Of a stretch of 64,000 nt of DNA, positions 32,299 to 43,280 are shown in pieces. The translations under genes were made by a program, and so were the position numbers. How positions within the stretch are numbered: the first letter of the stretch is position 1; each line of letters opens with the position of its first letter. This DNA is from an uncultured Methanosarcinales archaeon (GTDB lineage Archaea; Halobacteriota; Methanosarcinia; Methanotrichales; Methanotrichaceae). The stretch covers positions 64,001 through 128,000 of the forward strand of contig CAWJKV010000003.1 of the NCBI GenBank assembly GCA_963843555.1. Reading direction: 5' to 3'. The notes below the pieces were generated by a model. The model worked only from the letters and a program-made list of their open reading frames with translations, had not been told where the DNA came from and ran no database searches.

Positions 32299-34022
32299 GT
32301 AAAATAAAGCGAGTCGCCGGACCACTAGTTCAGGCTGTTGGCCTGAAGGCTTCCATGTACGACCTGGTTCTGGTCGGCGAGGAAGGCCTGATGAGCGAAG
32401 TCATCGGCATTTCCGGCAATAAACATATCATTCAGGTATACGAGGATACGGGCGGCGTGAGGCCCGGCGAGCCCGTCAAGGAGACAGGAGCTCCGCTCGT
32501 AGCACAACTGGGTCCAGGCATTCTGACCCAGATTTACGATGGTATTCAAAGGCCACTGCCAAAGCTGGCAGAGATGTCGGGAGACTTCATCAGCCGAGGC
32601 CTATTCGTTGACGGCATTGATCACAAGAAGAAATGGGAGTTCAAGCCTGTAGTGAAGAAGGGCGATGTCCTCAAGCCAGGGCAATCCATTGGTGAGGTTC
32701 AGGAGCAGCTGCTCATCAAGCACAAGATCATGGTCCCACCCAAGACACAAGGGCGGAACCATCAAGGAGATCTACTGCTGGAAACTTCAACGTCGATGAG
32801 ACTGTCGCTCGTCTTAGAGGACGGTACAAAGCTCACCATGATGCACAAGTGGCCGGTAAGACAGGCTCGACCTGTGACCGCAAAACTGGCACCCACCATT
32901 CCCCTGAGAACAGGACAGAGGGTAGTGGACGGATTCTTCTCCCTGGCCAAGGGCGGAACTGCAGCCATCCCCGGCGGATTCGGTACCGGAAAGACGGTTA
33001 TGCAGCAGACCCTGTCCAAGTGGGCAGATGTTGATATTGTGGTTTATGTGGGATGCGGCGAGCGCGGCAATGAGATGGCCGATCTGCTGCATGAGTTCCC
33101 CGAGCTGCAGGATCCAAGGACCGGCAGGCCCCTCATGGAGAGGTCCATCGTTTACGCCAATACCTCCAACATGCCTGTGGCTGCTCGTGAGGCTTCCGTT
33201 TACACCGGAATGACCACGTCAGAGTACTACAGAGATATGGGCTACGACGTCCTGATGACTGCTGACTCCACATCTCGCTGGGCAGAGGCCATGAGAGAGA
33301 TGGGCTCGCGTCTGGAAGAGATGCCTGGTGAAGAAGGCTATCCCGCATACCTGGGTGCCAGACTCGCCGACTTCTACGAGCGTGCCGGACGTGCCGAGGT
33401 TTTGAACGGCGGCCAGGGTTCAGTCAGCATTGTAGGTGCAGTTTCCCCGGCTGGCGGAGACTTCACCGAGCCCGTCACTCAGAACACACTGAGAATGGTC
33501 AAGGTATTCTGGGCACTGGACTCCAAGCTGACACAGCGCAGGCACTTCCCGTCCATCAACTGGCTGGATTCCTATTCTCTATACGACCAGATTCTGGAAC
33601 CCTGGTTCGTGGAGAATGTAAGCCCGAACTGGAACAAGAACAAGAGACGCGCCATGGCCATATTGCAGGAGAATGCCGAACTGGAAGAGATCGTGATGCT
33701 CGTCGGTTCCGATGCCCTGCCTGAGGACCAGCAGGTCACACTGGAAGTCGCCAGGATGATCATCAACTTCTGGCTGGCACAGAGCGCATTCCACCCCGTA
33801 GACACATTCTGTCCCTACAAGAAGCAGTACGACCTATTGGATGCGATCCTGAAGTACAGAGACTATGCCTTCGATGCAGTCCAGAAGGGCATACCTGTGT
33901 CGCAGATTACATCTGTTCCATCCAAGGATGCTCTGGCCAAGGTGAGGCTGGAAGCCGAGTATGAGCCCATCCTGGCAAAGGTTTTGGCTCAGATGGACGC
34001 CGAGTTCAAGGCGCTGAAGTGA
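32289..34022 (+). CDS. atpA: A1AO ATP synthase subunit A
   Basis: P-loop GGFGTGKT, GCGERGNEM, NTSNMPVAAREAS and EEGYPAYL. A short out-of-frame-looking patch occurs at about 32745-32810. Confidence 0.97.
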   Translation: MEVGKIKRVAGPLVQAVGLKASMYDLVLVGEEGLMSEVIGISGNKHIIQVYEDTGGVRPGEPVKETGAPLVAQLGPGILTQIYDGIQRPLPKLAEMSGDFISRGLFVDGIDHKKKWEFKPVVKKGDVLKPGQSIGEVQEQLLIKHKIMVPPKTQGRNHQGDLLLETSTSMRLSLVLEDGTKLTMMHKWPVRQARPVTAKLAPTIPLRTGQRVVDGFFSLAKGGTAAIPGGFGTGKTVMQQTLSKWADVDIVVYVGCGERGNEMADLLHEFPELQDPRTGRPLMERSIVYANTSNMPVAAREASVYTGMTTSEYYRDMGYDVLMTADSTSRWAEAMREMGSRLEEMPGEEGYPAYLGARLADFYERAGRAEVLNGGQGSVSIVGAVSPAGGDFTEPVTQNTLRMVKVFWALDSKLTQRRHFPSINWLDSYSLYDQILEPWFVENVSPNWNKNKRRAMAILQENAELEEIVMLVGSDALPEDQQVTLEVARMIINFWLAQSAFHPVDTFCPYKKQYDLLDAILKYRDYAFDAVQKGIPVSQITSVPSKDALAKVRLEAEYEPILAKVLAQMDAEFKALK

Positions 34023-34034
34023 GGTGGGTTCAAA

Positions 34035-35438
34035 ATGACAAAGGAATACAAGACTATTACTGAGATCTCCGGACCACTCCTCTTCGTAGAGAAGACTGAG
34101 CCTGTGGGCTACATGGAGCTCGTCGAGATCAGAACGGGCGGAGAGCTGAAGAGGGGACAGGTGCTGGATTCCTCCGATGAGATCGTGGTTATCCAGGTAT
34201 TCGAGGGAACCGGCGGTCTGTCCAAGGATTCTGCCGTCAGTTTCACCGGAGACGTCATCAAGATGCCACTGTCTCCCGCCATCGTGGGACGTGTTCTGTC
34301 CGGATCTGGAAAGCCCAGAGACGGCGGCCCGGAAATTGTTCCCGAGGTATTGAGAGATATTGCAGGAGCTGCCATCAATCCGGCTTCCCGTGAGAAGCCG
34401 CGCGCTTTCATCCAGACCGGCATCTCCACCATCGACGGCACCAACACACTGGTGCGCGGCCAGAAGCTGCCTATCTTCTCCGGTGCAGGTCTGCCTCACA
34501 ACGACCTTGCTCTGCAGATTGCCAGGCAAGCCAAGGCGCTCGGTGAAGCAGAGTCGTTCGCAGTTATCTTCTGCGCCATGGGCATCACCAACGAAGAGGC
34601 TCAGCACTTCCTGGCTGACTTCGAGAGAACAGGTGCTCTGGAGAGGGCAGTCGTGTTCCTCAACCTGGCCGACGATCCGGCTGTAGAGAGGATTCTGACA
34701 CCCAGGCTGGGCTTGACCACCGCTGAGTATCTTGCCTTCGATCTGGACATGCACGTGCTCATCATCTACACGGACATGACCAACTATTGCGAGTCGCTCA
34801 GGCAGATGGGCGCTGCTCGTGAAGAGGTGCCCGGACGACGCGGCTATCCAGGATACATGTATACCGACCTGGCCATTCAGTATGAGAGGGCAGGAATCAT
34901 CAAGGGCAGAAAGGGTTCCATCACCCAGTTCCCCATCCTGACCATGCCCGGCGACGACATCACTCACCCCATCCCGGATCTGTCCGGGTACATCACCGAG
35001 GGTCAGATCCTGATTTCCAGAGAGCTGCACAGAAAGGGCATCTATCCGCCTGTCGACATCCGCCCCTCGCTGTCCCGACTCATGAACTCTGGAATCGGCA
35101 AGGGCCATACTCGCGAGGATCACAGGGCAGTATCGGATCAGCTCTATGCTTACTATGCAGAGGGCAATGATCTGCGCGGTCTCGCGGCCATCGTCGGCAA
35201 AGAGGCTCTCTCTGAGCGCGATAAATTGGTGCTGGAGTTCGCTGATAAGTTCGAGAAGAGATTCGTCAATCAGGGCAGAGACGAGGATAGGTCTATCTTC
35301 GATACCCTCCAGATCGGATGGGATCTCCTGGCAGACCTGCCTGAAGCAATGCTCACCAGGATTGACGACAAATACATCAAGCAGTACCATCCCAAATACG
35401 CAGGCACAGCCAAGGCTGCACAAGCAACGACGAAGTGA
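34035..35438 (+). CDS. atpB: A1AO ATP synthase subunit B
   Basis: [33 protein letters not shown] and [15 protein letters not shown] motifs. Confidence 0.97.
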   Translation: MTKEYKTITEISGPLLFVEKTEPVGYMELVEIRTGGELKRGQVLDSSDEIVVIQVFEGTGGLSKDSAVSFTGDVIKMPLSPAIVGRVLSGSGKPRDGGPEIVPEVLRDIAGAAINPASREKPRAFIQTGISTIDGTNTLVRGQKLPIFSGAGLPHNDLALQIARQAKALGEAESFAVIFCAMGITNEEAQHFLADFERTGALERAVVFLNLADDPAVERILTPRLGLTTAEYLAFDLDMHVLIIYTDMTNYCESLRQMGAAREEVPGRRGYPGYMYTDLAIQYERAGIIKGRKGSITQFPILTMPGDDITHPIPDLSGYITEGQILISRELHRKGIYPPVDIRPSLSRLMNSGIGKGHTREDHRAVSDQLYAYYAEGNDLRGLAAIVGKEALSERDKLVLEFADKFEKRFVNQGRDEDRSIFDTLQIGWDLLADLPEAMLTRIDDKYIKQYHPKYAGTAKAAQATTK

Positions 35439-35442
35439 GATC

Positions 35443-36144
35443 ATGGCCGTAATTCGAGGAACAAAACCGACCAGGGCAGTGCTGATCGCTCTCAAGAAAA
35501 GGATGAAGATCGCAAAAACTGGTCACTCGCTCCTCAAAATGAAGCGTGACGGCCTCATGATTGAGTTCTTCGAGGTGCTAAACAGGGCCAAGACGGTCAG
35601 GAAAGAGCTGGTTGAAGCTCTGCTCATAGCTGAGCAGAGGCTTCAAATGGCTATGGCCATCGAGGGAACAGTTACCATCAGCAGTGTGGCTTATTCCCTG
35701 CAAAAAGAGCCTATCATCCAGCTCGAGTCCAGAAACATCATGGGTGTAGTGGTTCCCAAGATCGCGGCAGAGGCCGTGCAAAAGAAGATGTACGAGCGAG
35801 GCTACGGCATCATCGGAACCAGTGCAGCCATTGATGAGGCAGCTGATGCCTATGAGAAGTTGCTGGATAAGATCATCTTAGCTGCAGAGGTAGAGACCGC
35901 CATGATAAGGCTTGTCGAGGATATCGACAGCACTAAGAGGCGTGTCAATGCTCTGGAGTTCAAGGTGGTTCCTGAACTCAAGGACACCATCAAGTTCATC
36001 GGCATGGCCTTGGAGGAGATGGAGAGGGACAACCTGGTCAAGATGAAGATGCTCAAGGGCAAGTCCGAGAGGAAAGCCGCAGCAGAAGAAGTCAAGAAGG
36101 AAGCTGCCAAGGCCGCAGAAGCAGCCGGCAAGGCAACGGCTTAA
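35443..36144 (+). CDS. atpD: A1AO ATP synthase subunit D
   Basis: KPTR, GHSLLKMKRD, NIMGV.VP and TKRRVNALE. The true ATG is at 35443; the ORF track over-extends it. Confidence 0.95.
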   Translation: MAVIRGTKPTRAVLIALKKRMKIAKTGHSLLKMKRDGLMIEFFEVLNRAKTVRKELVEALLIAEQRLQMAMAIEGTVTISSVAYSLQKEPIIQLESRNIMGVVVPKIAAEAVQKKMYERGYGIIGTSAAIDEAADAYEKLLDKIILAAEVETAMIRLVEDIDSTKRRVNALEFKVVPELKDTIKFIGMALEEMERDNLVKMKMLKGKSERKAAAEEVKKEAAKAAEAAGKATA

Positions 36145-36206
36145 TTCCTGGCGATGTCGAGCTGGTTTGAGCGAAAAGTTCGAAGACTGGTTCGGGACGC
36201 CTGAGA

Positions 36207-36248
36207 AGAAGATGCGTCTTCTGCAGTGGTTGGTGTATATCACCAACC
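36207..36248. terminator. Two adjacent hairpins between convergent atpD and MFS genes
   Basis: AGAAGA-tgcg-TCTTCT and GGTTGGTG-tatat-CACCAACC perfect inverted repeats. Confidence 0.35.
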
Positions 36249-36385
36249 TCTACATTATTTTTGGGATATTTGTTCTGATATGGCTTCTGTACGGCAAATA
36301 TATTATACAGGCGTGGAACCATTTCACAAATGGCAGTTGATTGGAACAACCTATCCATCCAACTTTTATCTCATCCAGATGTCTC

Positions 36386-37909
36386 TTACCGAACCCTATC
36401 CCAGTTGCGGAGAAATGCTGCTACTGTCCCCACTATGCATAAAGCAGCTGCAATGATCATTACATTGCTTATGGTCATGCTGAGCAGTGCTGGGTTTGCG
36501 TCCAAGACAGCTCCGTGATAGCCTGCCAGGTTAAGCTGCTGGTAGAGCAGAAGAGTGGAGACGGAAACCCCCAGGGCCATGCCCATATTCCTCACCGCCG
36601 AGGAGAGGCTGGAAGACGTGCCGAGCATCTCCCGGGGCAGTGCGGTCATGATCTCTGCATTGATGGGACTTTGATAGAGTATGCTTCCTATTCCAAGGAT
36701 TATGAAGGAAATGTAAATCGATGTCATATCATCTCGGCGAATAGCACTGCTCATTATCACCAGAGATAGAGCTACAATTATCATCCCCAGGGCGGAGCTA
36801 TAGCGGTAATGATATCGGTCGTAAAGCCAGCCTCCCAGAGGTGAGCCGAAAACCAATATGGCAGGCACGATGAGAAATACAGTGCCGACTCTTGCAGGCG
36901 AGTAGCCCATGACTCCCTGCAAATAGAAGGGCCCCAGGATGAAGACGGCAAAGCTCGAAATGATGAACAAAATTATGCTGATCACGGGAAGAGTGAACTT
37001 CTTCTCCCTGAAGATTGATAGCTCCAGGAGAGGCGACCTCTTATGTGACTCGATCCAGACAAAGGCCAAAAGGGATGCAAGTGTTAGCAGGGCCAGGAAG
37101 GCTACTGGAGACGTAAATGTGGCGCTGGATCCCAGATCTCCCAGGAATAGCATTAAGGATACTATGAAGACAATGAGCAGGGCTCCACCCTGCCAGTCCA
37201 TGTCCAACTTTTGCGGTTTCACCTCTCTTATTCTCATATACCTGGCAGCAAGGGCCAAGAGCACAATGCCGATGGGAAGGTTGATGAGGAAGATGTATTG
37301 CCAGCCCATGAAGCCCACCAGGTAGCCGCCGAGCATCGGTCCGGCGATGCTGGCCAGGGAGACGGTTGTGCCTATGTAGCCCATGGCTCTGCCCTGCTCT
37401 CCACTATGGTAGAGCTCAAAGATTATGGCGGTGCTGATGGAGAAGGCCATAGCCGCCCCCACTGCTTGAAGAGCACGAAAGAAAATTAGCATGCCAAGGC
37501 TTGAGGAGAGTCCGCAGGCAATGGACGACAGAGTGAAGAGGACGAATCCCCCCAAAAAGAGCCTGACCTTGCCGGTCCGATCTGCTATTCTTCCGAAGAT
37601 CAAGAGAAGGCTTGTCACCGTAACCAGGTATGATGTTATCACCCACTGGGACTGGGCCACATCGGCTCGAAAATAGCCGGTTATGGTAGGAAGGGCAATG
37701 GATACCACTGAGCCATCTATGACGAACATGAAAATGCCCAGCAATATGATGAAGGCGACGATATTTCTGCTTGCGACAGGGGTCTCGCTCGGAATTGACA
37801 CTGCCTGGCCTTCTTGGTATTCGTTTTGCCCTTCTATCATGCCTCGTCCAGAGCCATCAGCGTCGGCATTATTGCCTGCATCTCTCTTTTGGATGAATCT
37901 AGATCTCAC
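36386..37909 (-). CDS. MFS transporter, DHA2/EmrB-QacA type (start uncertain)
   Basis: IDGSVVSIALP, GRIADRTG, RALQAVG and WQYIFLINLPIG; about 14 TM segments. Confidence 0.9.
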   Translation of the reverse strand: MRSRFIQKRDAGNNADADGSGRGMIEGQNEYQEGQAVSIPSETPVASRNIVAFIILLGIFMFVIDGSVVSIALPTITGYFRADVAQSQWVITSYLVTVTSLLLIFGRIADRTGKVRLFLGGFVLFTLSSIACGLSSSLGMLIFFRALQAVGAAMAFSISTAIIFELYHSGEQGRAMGYIGTTVSLASIAGPMLGGYLVGFMGWQYIFLINLPIGIVLLALAARYMRIREVKPQKLDMDWQGGALLIVFIVSLMLFLGDLGSSATFTSPVAFLALLTLASLLAFVWIESHKRSPLLELSIFREKKFTLPVISIILFIISSFAVFILGPFYLQGVMGYSPARVGTVFLIVPAILVFGSPLGGWLYDRYHYRYSSALGMIIVALSLVIMSSAIRRDDMTSIYISFIILGIGSILYQSPINAEIMTALPREMLGTSSSLSSAVRNMGMALGVSVSTLLLYQQLNLAGYHGAVLDANPALLSMTISNVMIIAAALCIVGTVAAFLRNWDRVR

Positions 37910-38019
37910 CTGGTAAGAATGAAGTATGCTGGCATATATATATGCGTCACCGAAAGTTGCAGCATAGTCTTCGCTGCGAATTTTCGCCAGGGGCTTCCCT
38001 TGAGAAAAAATCCTTGGTT

Positions 38020-39168
38020 CTAGGGTTTTGGCTTCAAAAGCCCGGGCAGCATTGACGCTGCGATGGTATCCTTTCTCTGCGCCATTCTGTAGCCCGTCAC
38101 TACCAGCCTATTTCCGCTGAGGTCTCTGTCCAGATCCGGGTCTCCCGTGTCCACCAGGAGGCAAGATAGCTCCGCCAGCTTATGGGGCGTGGATACTATT
38201 ATTAAGTTCTCTGCTCCAGCCCGTCGCAGTACGGCGGAACTTATCTGCTGGCTGCCTCTGCCCAGGATGAAGCCCTGGGCTCCGATGGGGCTGACAATGA
38301 TTTTGACGCTCTTTTCCCTTTCCAGCAACGCCAGGAGATCTCTCTCCGAGGCATCCTTGAGGAGGAGCTTTCCTTCCTGAACTACGTCTACGCCAAGCAG
38401 GGTCTTCTCCACGCCCAGCAGCTTGGCGATGCTGCTGGTGGTAGTCCCTGCTCCCAAGATGTAGGCAGAGCCGTCCCTCATGAATTCGGAGGCAAAGAGT
38501 GCGATCTGGTCCTTGAACTCTTCCTCACTTGAGGAGCTATAGATCCTCTTTCTCTCCTGCACCAGCACAGGTTGGTAGGGCGTTTTGGCTATTGCATAGA
38601 GCCTGGTCTGCATCTCTCCTGCTCGGTAGAGCTCCTCGTCTACATCCACGATCTCCGTCTCTCGTGCCCGAAGTTCGCTTCTTATAAAGCCCTGCGCCAG
38701 CTCTGATGCCGCTTCAGGACTGATGGCAAAGACCCCGGAATGCATTTTCACGCCTGCCGGAATGCCAAGGATAGGCACCTGGCCCGATTGTGACGCCACA
38801 TCCCGTGCTGTCCCGTCGCCTCCGCAAAATAGTATCAAGTCAACCCCTTCTTCCAGGAAAACCTTGCAGGCGGCTTTTGTATCCTGGGAGCTGGACTCGT
38901 CAGTGGATATATGAACTATCTCGCAACTCAGGCCGCACTCTCTTAGAGCTCTCTCACCCATTTCGCCGCTGGCAGTAAAAAAGAGAATGTTTTTCGCTTC
39001 CCGGGAAAGCCTTTGCAGGCATGCTCGGGCCCGCTCAGCCGCCTTAGGATGAGCGCCTCTGGCTCTCGCTTCATCTGCCAGGCCGTCTGTTCCCTTCAGG
39101 CCAACGGCTCCGCCCATACCTGCAATAGGATTGATCAGGAAGCCGATTCTACCAGCTTTCTCTGCCAT
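38020..39168 (-). CDS. ATP-NAD kinase family protein (archaeal type)
   Basis: NPIAGMGGAVGLKGTDG, GGDGTARD, GIPAGVKMHSGVF and LGRGSQQIS motifs. Confidence 0.88.
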   Translation of the reverse strand: MAEKAGRIGFLINPIAGMGGAVGLKGTDGLADEARARGAHPKAAERARACLQRLSREAKNILFFTASGEMGERALRECGLSCEIVHISTDESSSQDTKAACKVFLEEGVDLILFCGGDGTARDVASQSGQVPILGIPAGVKMHSGVFAISPEAASELAQGFIRSELRARETEIVDVDEELYRAGEMQTRLYAIAKTPYQPVLVQERKRIYSSSSEEEFKDQIALFASEFMRDGSAYILGAGTTTSSIAKLLGVEKTLLGVDVVQEGKLLLKDASERDLLALLEREKSVKIIVSPIGAQGFILGRGSQQISSAVLRRAGAENLIIVSTPHKLAELSCLLVDTGDPDLDRDLSGNRLVVTGYRMAQRKDTIAASMLPGLLKPKP

Positions 39169-40522
39169 CAGACCTTAGGTAGCTTGGCGAGGGACTGCTT
39201 CACCAGATCTGCAGGATACTCATAGTCTACCAGCTTGCCGTCGTTATAGGCATCGTAGGCAGCCAGATCGAAGTGGCCGTGTCCTGTCAGGGAGATGAAG
39301 ATGATCTTGTCCTCGCCCGTCTTTTTGCATCTCAATGCTTCATCAATGGCGGGCTTGATGGCGTGAGCGGCCTCTGGTGCTGGAATTATTCCTTCGGTGC
39401 GGGCGAAGAGGGTGGCCGCTTCGAAGACCTCTGTCTGCTGCAATGCGACAGCCTCAATCAGTCTGTCATGGACCAAATTGCAGAGCAGTGGCGCATCTCC
39501 ATGATAGCGCAGGCCGCCGGCGTGAATGCCGGGCGGTATGAAGTCATGGCCCAGGGTGTACATCTTTATCACGGGTGCCATGCCTGCCGTGTCGCCAAAG
39601 TCGTAGGCATAAAGCCCTTTAGTCAGACTTGGGCAGGCGGAGGGCTCACAGGCCACCATACGCAGATCCTTCTTATCCTTCATCTTATCGGGGATGAAGG
39701 GGAAGACCATCCCAGGGAAGTTGCTTCCGCCGCCGCAGCAGCCGAACATGACATCAGGATAGTCTTCAGTCATCTCGAACTGCTTTCTTCAGTTCCAGTC
39801 CCTCAACGGTCTGATGGAGGAGGACATGATTGAGCACCGACCCCAGGGCATAATTAGTATCGTTATGGCTGGCAGCATCCTCTACCGCCTCAGAGATGGC
39901 CATACCGAGGCTTCCTGGTGTGTCTGGAGTCTCGGCCAGGACCTGTCTGCCGTAGTTAGTCCGATCAGACGGGCTGGCGAGGCACTCTGCTCCCCAGACG
40001 CGCATGGCACTCTTGCGGTAGGGTTTGCTGTCAAAGCTGGATCTCACCATGTAGACCGTACATTTCAGGCCGAAGAGACAGGTGGCCAGGCTGAGAGCCG
40101 AACCCCACTGGCCTGCGCCCGTCTCTGTGGCCAGCCGCTCCATGCCCTCTTTCATATTGTAATAGGCCTGGGGGACGGCAGTATTGGGCTTATGGCTTCC
40201 TGCCGGGCTGACGCCCTCATATTTGTAGTAGATTTTGGCTGGCGTCTTGAGCGCCTTCTCCAGGGCGGCGGCTCGATACAGAGGCGTTGGCCTCCAGAGC
40301 CTATAGATGTCGCGTACCTCTTCAGGGATGTCTATCCAACGGTCCGTGCTCATCTCTTGCTGGATGAGCGCTTTGGGAAAGATCATCTCCATATCCGCGG
40401 CCGCAGAGAGGCTTCAGGGTCCCGGGATGCAGAGGCGGGTCCAGGGGCGTGGGCATGTCGGCAGCAACGTTATACCACTTCTTGGGGATCTCTTCCTCGT
40501 CGAGCAGGTACTTGATCTTCAT
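39168..40522 (-). CDS. trpB2: Tryptophan synthase beta chain type 2 (TrpB2), two frameshifts
   Basis: [43 protein letters not shown] and PAPEAAHA over three frames. Confidence 0.93.
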
Positions 40523-40658
40523 CTGGACACTCCATTTTCCTACTTTGATGTAATCTCTTGTACATCGGTGAATTCATCTGTTTTATTTAAAGGCTTTGAA
40601 ATGGTCTGAAGACTTTTCGATTGATTTTCTGGCTCCGCAAGGTTAAGATTTATTTATC

Positions 40659-41948
40659 ATGGATGAGATGGCAATCCTCATGAGTGGCCAAACCCTGTCG
40701 GAGAAGATATTTTCCAGAGCGGCAAATAGAGAGGTGCGAGCTGGTGAGTTCGTTATGGCAAAGATAGACGGAGCCATGATTCACGATATCACCGGTCCTC
40801 TGGCGGTCAAGGGATTCTATGAGATCGCAGGTAAGGACGCAAAAGTCTGGGATCCCTCCAAGATCGTTCTGCTGTTTGATCATCAGGTCCCTGCGGATAG
40901 CCTGAAGGCGGCGGAAAATCATATCATGCTGCGCAAGTTCGCCGCAGAGCAGTCCATCCTCAACTACGATATTTTCTGCGGCGTATGCCACCAGGTCATG
41001 CCTGAGAAGGGCCATGTGCTTCCCGGGAGCATTATCGTGGGCACCGACTCGCATACCTGCACTTACGGGGCTTTGGGGGCTTTTGCCACGGGGGTCGGAT
41101 CAACGGATATGTCGTCCGTCTTTGCTACGGGTAAGCTCTGGTTCATGGTGCCCAAGACCCTGCAGCTCATGATCGAGGGGCGTATGCCCAGGCACGTCAC
41201 CTCGAAGGATGCCGTGCTGCGCATCATAGGCGATATAGGGGCGGATGGCGCCAACTACCTGGCCTGCGAGTTCAAGGGCGAAGCTGCGTCCAGGATGAGC
41301 ATTCCCGAGAGGATGACGGTATCCAATATGGCCATTGAGATGGGGGCCAAGGCCGGCATCTTTGAGCCGGATGAGACCACCATAAATTACCTGGAAGGCC
41401 GGGTGAAGGACAAGGCGGCCATAAGAGCAGGAATTGTGCGGGGAGACGAAGATGCCGAGGTCTCCAGGAAGCACTGGAATGTGGACGACCTCGAACCCCA
41501 GATCGCTATGCCACATAATGTCGATAATGTCCTGCCCATCAGCCAGGTTCCCCCGACCAAGATCGATCAGGTGTTCCTGGGCTCCTGCACCAATGGCCGG
41601 TTCGAGGACCTGAGCCAGGCCTCGGAGCTGATGAAGGGCGAGCCCGTGGCTAAAGGGGTGCGCATGATTGTGGTTCCCGCCAGCCGGGAGGAGTACATGA
41701 AATGCCTGCACGCGGGTCTCGTGGAGAAGTTCATGGAGGCGGGGGCGATGTTCGAGTCGGCCTGCTGCGGTCCCTGCATGGGCGGGAGCTTCGGCCTCCT
41801 GGGCGCAGGAGAGCACGGCCTCTCCACCTCGAACAGGAACTTCGTGGGACGGCAGGGCAGCCCCCAGGCTTTCGTCTACCTCTGCTCGCCAGCCACGGCC
41901 GGTGCCAGTGCCATCACCGGGTACATCACCGATCCCAGGGAGATTTGA
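40659..41948 (+). CDS. 3-isopropylmalate dehydratase / homoaconitase large subunit (LeuC/HacA family)
   Basis: [32 protein letters not shown] and [10 protein letters not shown]. The paralog's specificity cannot be determined here. Confidence 0.92.
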   Translation: MDEMAILMSGQTLSEKIFSRAANREVRAGEFVMAKIDGAMIHDITGPLAVKGFYEIAGKDAKVWDPSKIVLLFDHQVPADSLKAAENHIMLRKFAAEQSILNYDIFCGVCHQVMPEKGHVLPGSIIVGTDSHTCTYGALGAFATGVGSTDMSSVFATGKLWFMVPKTLQLMIEGRMPRHVTSKDAVLRIIGDIGADGANYLACEFKGEAASRMSIPERMTVSNMAIEMGAKAGIFEPDETTINYLEGRVKDKAAIRAGIVRGDEDAEVSRKHWNVDDLEPQIAMPHNVDNVLPISQVPPTKIDQVFLGSCTNGRFEDLSQASELMKGEPVAKGVRMIVVPASREEYMKCLHAGLVEKFMEAGAMFESACCGPCMGGSFGLLGAGEHGLSTSNRNFVGRQGSPQAFVYLCSPATAGASAITGYITDPREI

Positions 41949-41984
41949 AACCGGGCTGAATGCCCGGGACCCTGAAGAGAAGCG

Positions 41985-42107
41985 CTTTGTGCGTTCTTTG
42001 TGAGCTTTTGTGCTCTTTGTGGTAGGAACGATTGGCTGCCCGGGATTCAAAAAGGGTGCCACGAGATCAACCACAAAGCTCACGAAGAGCACAAAGGACG
42101 CACAAAG
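41985..42107. repeat. Imperfect inverted repeat with arms built of ~9-nt units (NNCAC[A/G]AAG)
   Basis: Left arm 41985-42023 has four CTTTGTG-type units; right arm 42070-42107 has four CACAAAG-type units; spacer is 46 nt. Confidence 0.8.
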
Positions 42108-42142
42108 ATTGCTGACCAGAGCGTTTTTGGATTTCGATAAGG

Positions 42143-42952
42143 ATGAAAGTTGCACTCAAGCTCGCCTATCTGGGCGATAACTACTACGGCTTCCAGCGCC
42201 AGCCGGATCTGGTTACTGTGGATAGTGAAGTCAGAAAAGCGTTGACAAAGATCGGCGTCATCCACGGCGACTTCTGCTATGCGGGCAGGACGGACAGGGG
42301 CGTCTCGGCTCTGGGCCAGGTCATCGACTTTTGGATCGATGAGGAAAAAGAGAAATTGACCCGGCCCAGGTGCGTCAACGGCCGGCTGCCCCGCGATATC
42401 TGGACCTGGGCCTGGGCACGGGCGCCTATAGGTTTCAGCGCCCGCTGGAATGCTCAGTGGCGGGAGTACCGCTACCTCCTCTGGCATCCGGGCCTTGACA
42501 CGGAGTCGATGCGCGGCGCTGCTGCGCTCCTATTGGGCGAGCACGATTTCCGGAACTTCTCCTCTGCCAAGGTAGGTACTGTAAAGTCGGTGCAAAAGTT
42601 GGAGATCTCTGAGCAGAATGGCCTGTTCACCTTCGACATTCGGGCGGATGGCTTTCTCTGGAATATGGTGCGCAAGATCGTGGGCGCCCTGGAGAAGGTG
42701 GGCTCGGACCAGAAGGATATGAGATGGTTCAAAGATCTTCTCCGGCCGGAGCTCAACTATGGCGCGCCCACCGCCCCAGCCGAAGGCCTCATCCTCATGG
42801 AGGTTGGCTATAAGGGGCTGGAGTGGCAGGTGGACGGGTACTCCCGGGCACGGGCGGCCAAGGGACTGGCAGCGACGGTGCAGAGCAGGATGGCGGGGGC
42901 GAATGTGGCGAGAGTGATGGAGAGGGCGATGGAATTGGATGCGGGGGATTAG
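42143..42952 (+). CDS. truA: tRNA pseudouridine(38-40) synthase
   Basis: YLG..YYGFQ.QP, AGRTDRGVSA, GEHDF.NF, FLWNMVRKIVG and APAEGLIL motifs. Confidence 0.95.
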   Translation: MKVALKLAYLGDNYYGFQRQPDLVTVDSEVRKALTKIGVIHGDFCYAGRTDRGVSALGQVIDFWIDEEKEKLTRPRCVNGRLPRDIWTWAWARAPIGFSARWNAQWREYRYLLWHPGLDTESMRGAAALLLGEHDFRNFSSAKVGTVKSVQKLEISEQNGLFTFDIRADGFLWNMVRKIVGALEKVGSDQKDMRWFKDLLRPELNYGAPTAPAEGLILMEVGYKGLEWQVDGYSRARAAKGLAATVQSRMAGANVARVMERAMELDAGD

Positions 42953-43280
42953 GAACCTGGGTATGAGGTTCAATTAGGATCAGCTTTTTCTGCAGGGATC
43001 TCCTGGGGCGGATAGCAGTTCTCAACCATGCGGGCTTCAATCTCGCGAAGCATTTCAGGACTATTTTCAGATGATGCATCTTACACGTACTAAATTATAT
43101 ATTTAGGAAATAGGCCACAGAACTTCTTTGAGGGCTCAGGCCAAAACCTGCAAGTTATGCATAGCGCCTTATGCAACCATCCAAGTGGCCTAAAACTGGC
43201 CTTCAAGCCGATGGTGTGGGTGCCCCTGAGCCGCCCTCTTTAGCTTTTCTGGCCCGCTCCTGGGCCTCCTCATCCATGAA

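Noticed and set aside
32289..34022. Intein or novel insertion in ATP synthase subunit A
   Set aside because: The length (577 aa) is normal. The odd patch is explained by compensating indels.
33834..35495. 553-aa minus-strand ORF, and similar long antisense ORFs (12031-12972, 22656-23564, 41100-42155)
   Set aside because: These are shadow ORFs opposite well-conserved genes (atpB, wecB, fbp, leuC/hacA) with no recognisable motifs.
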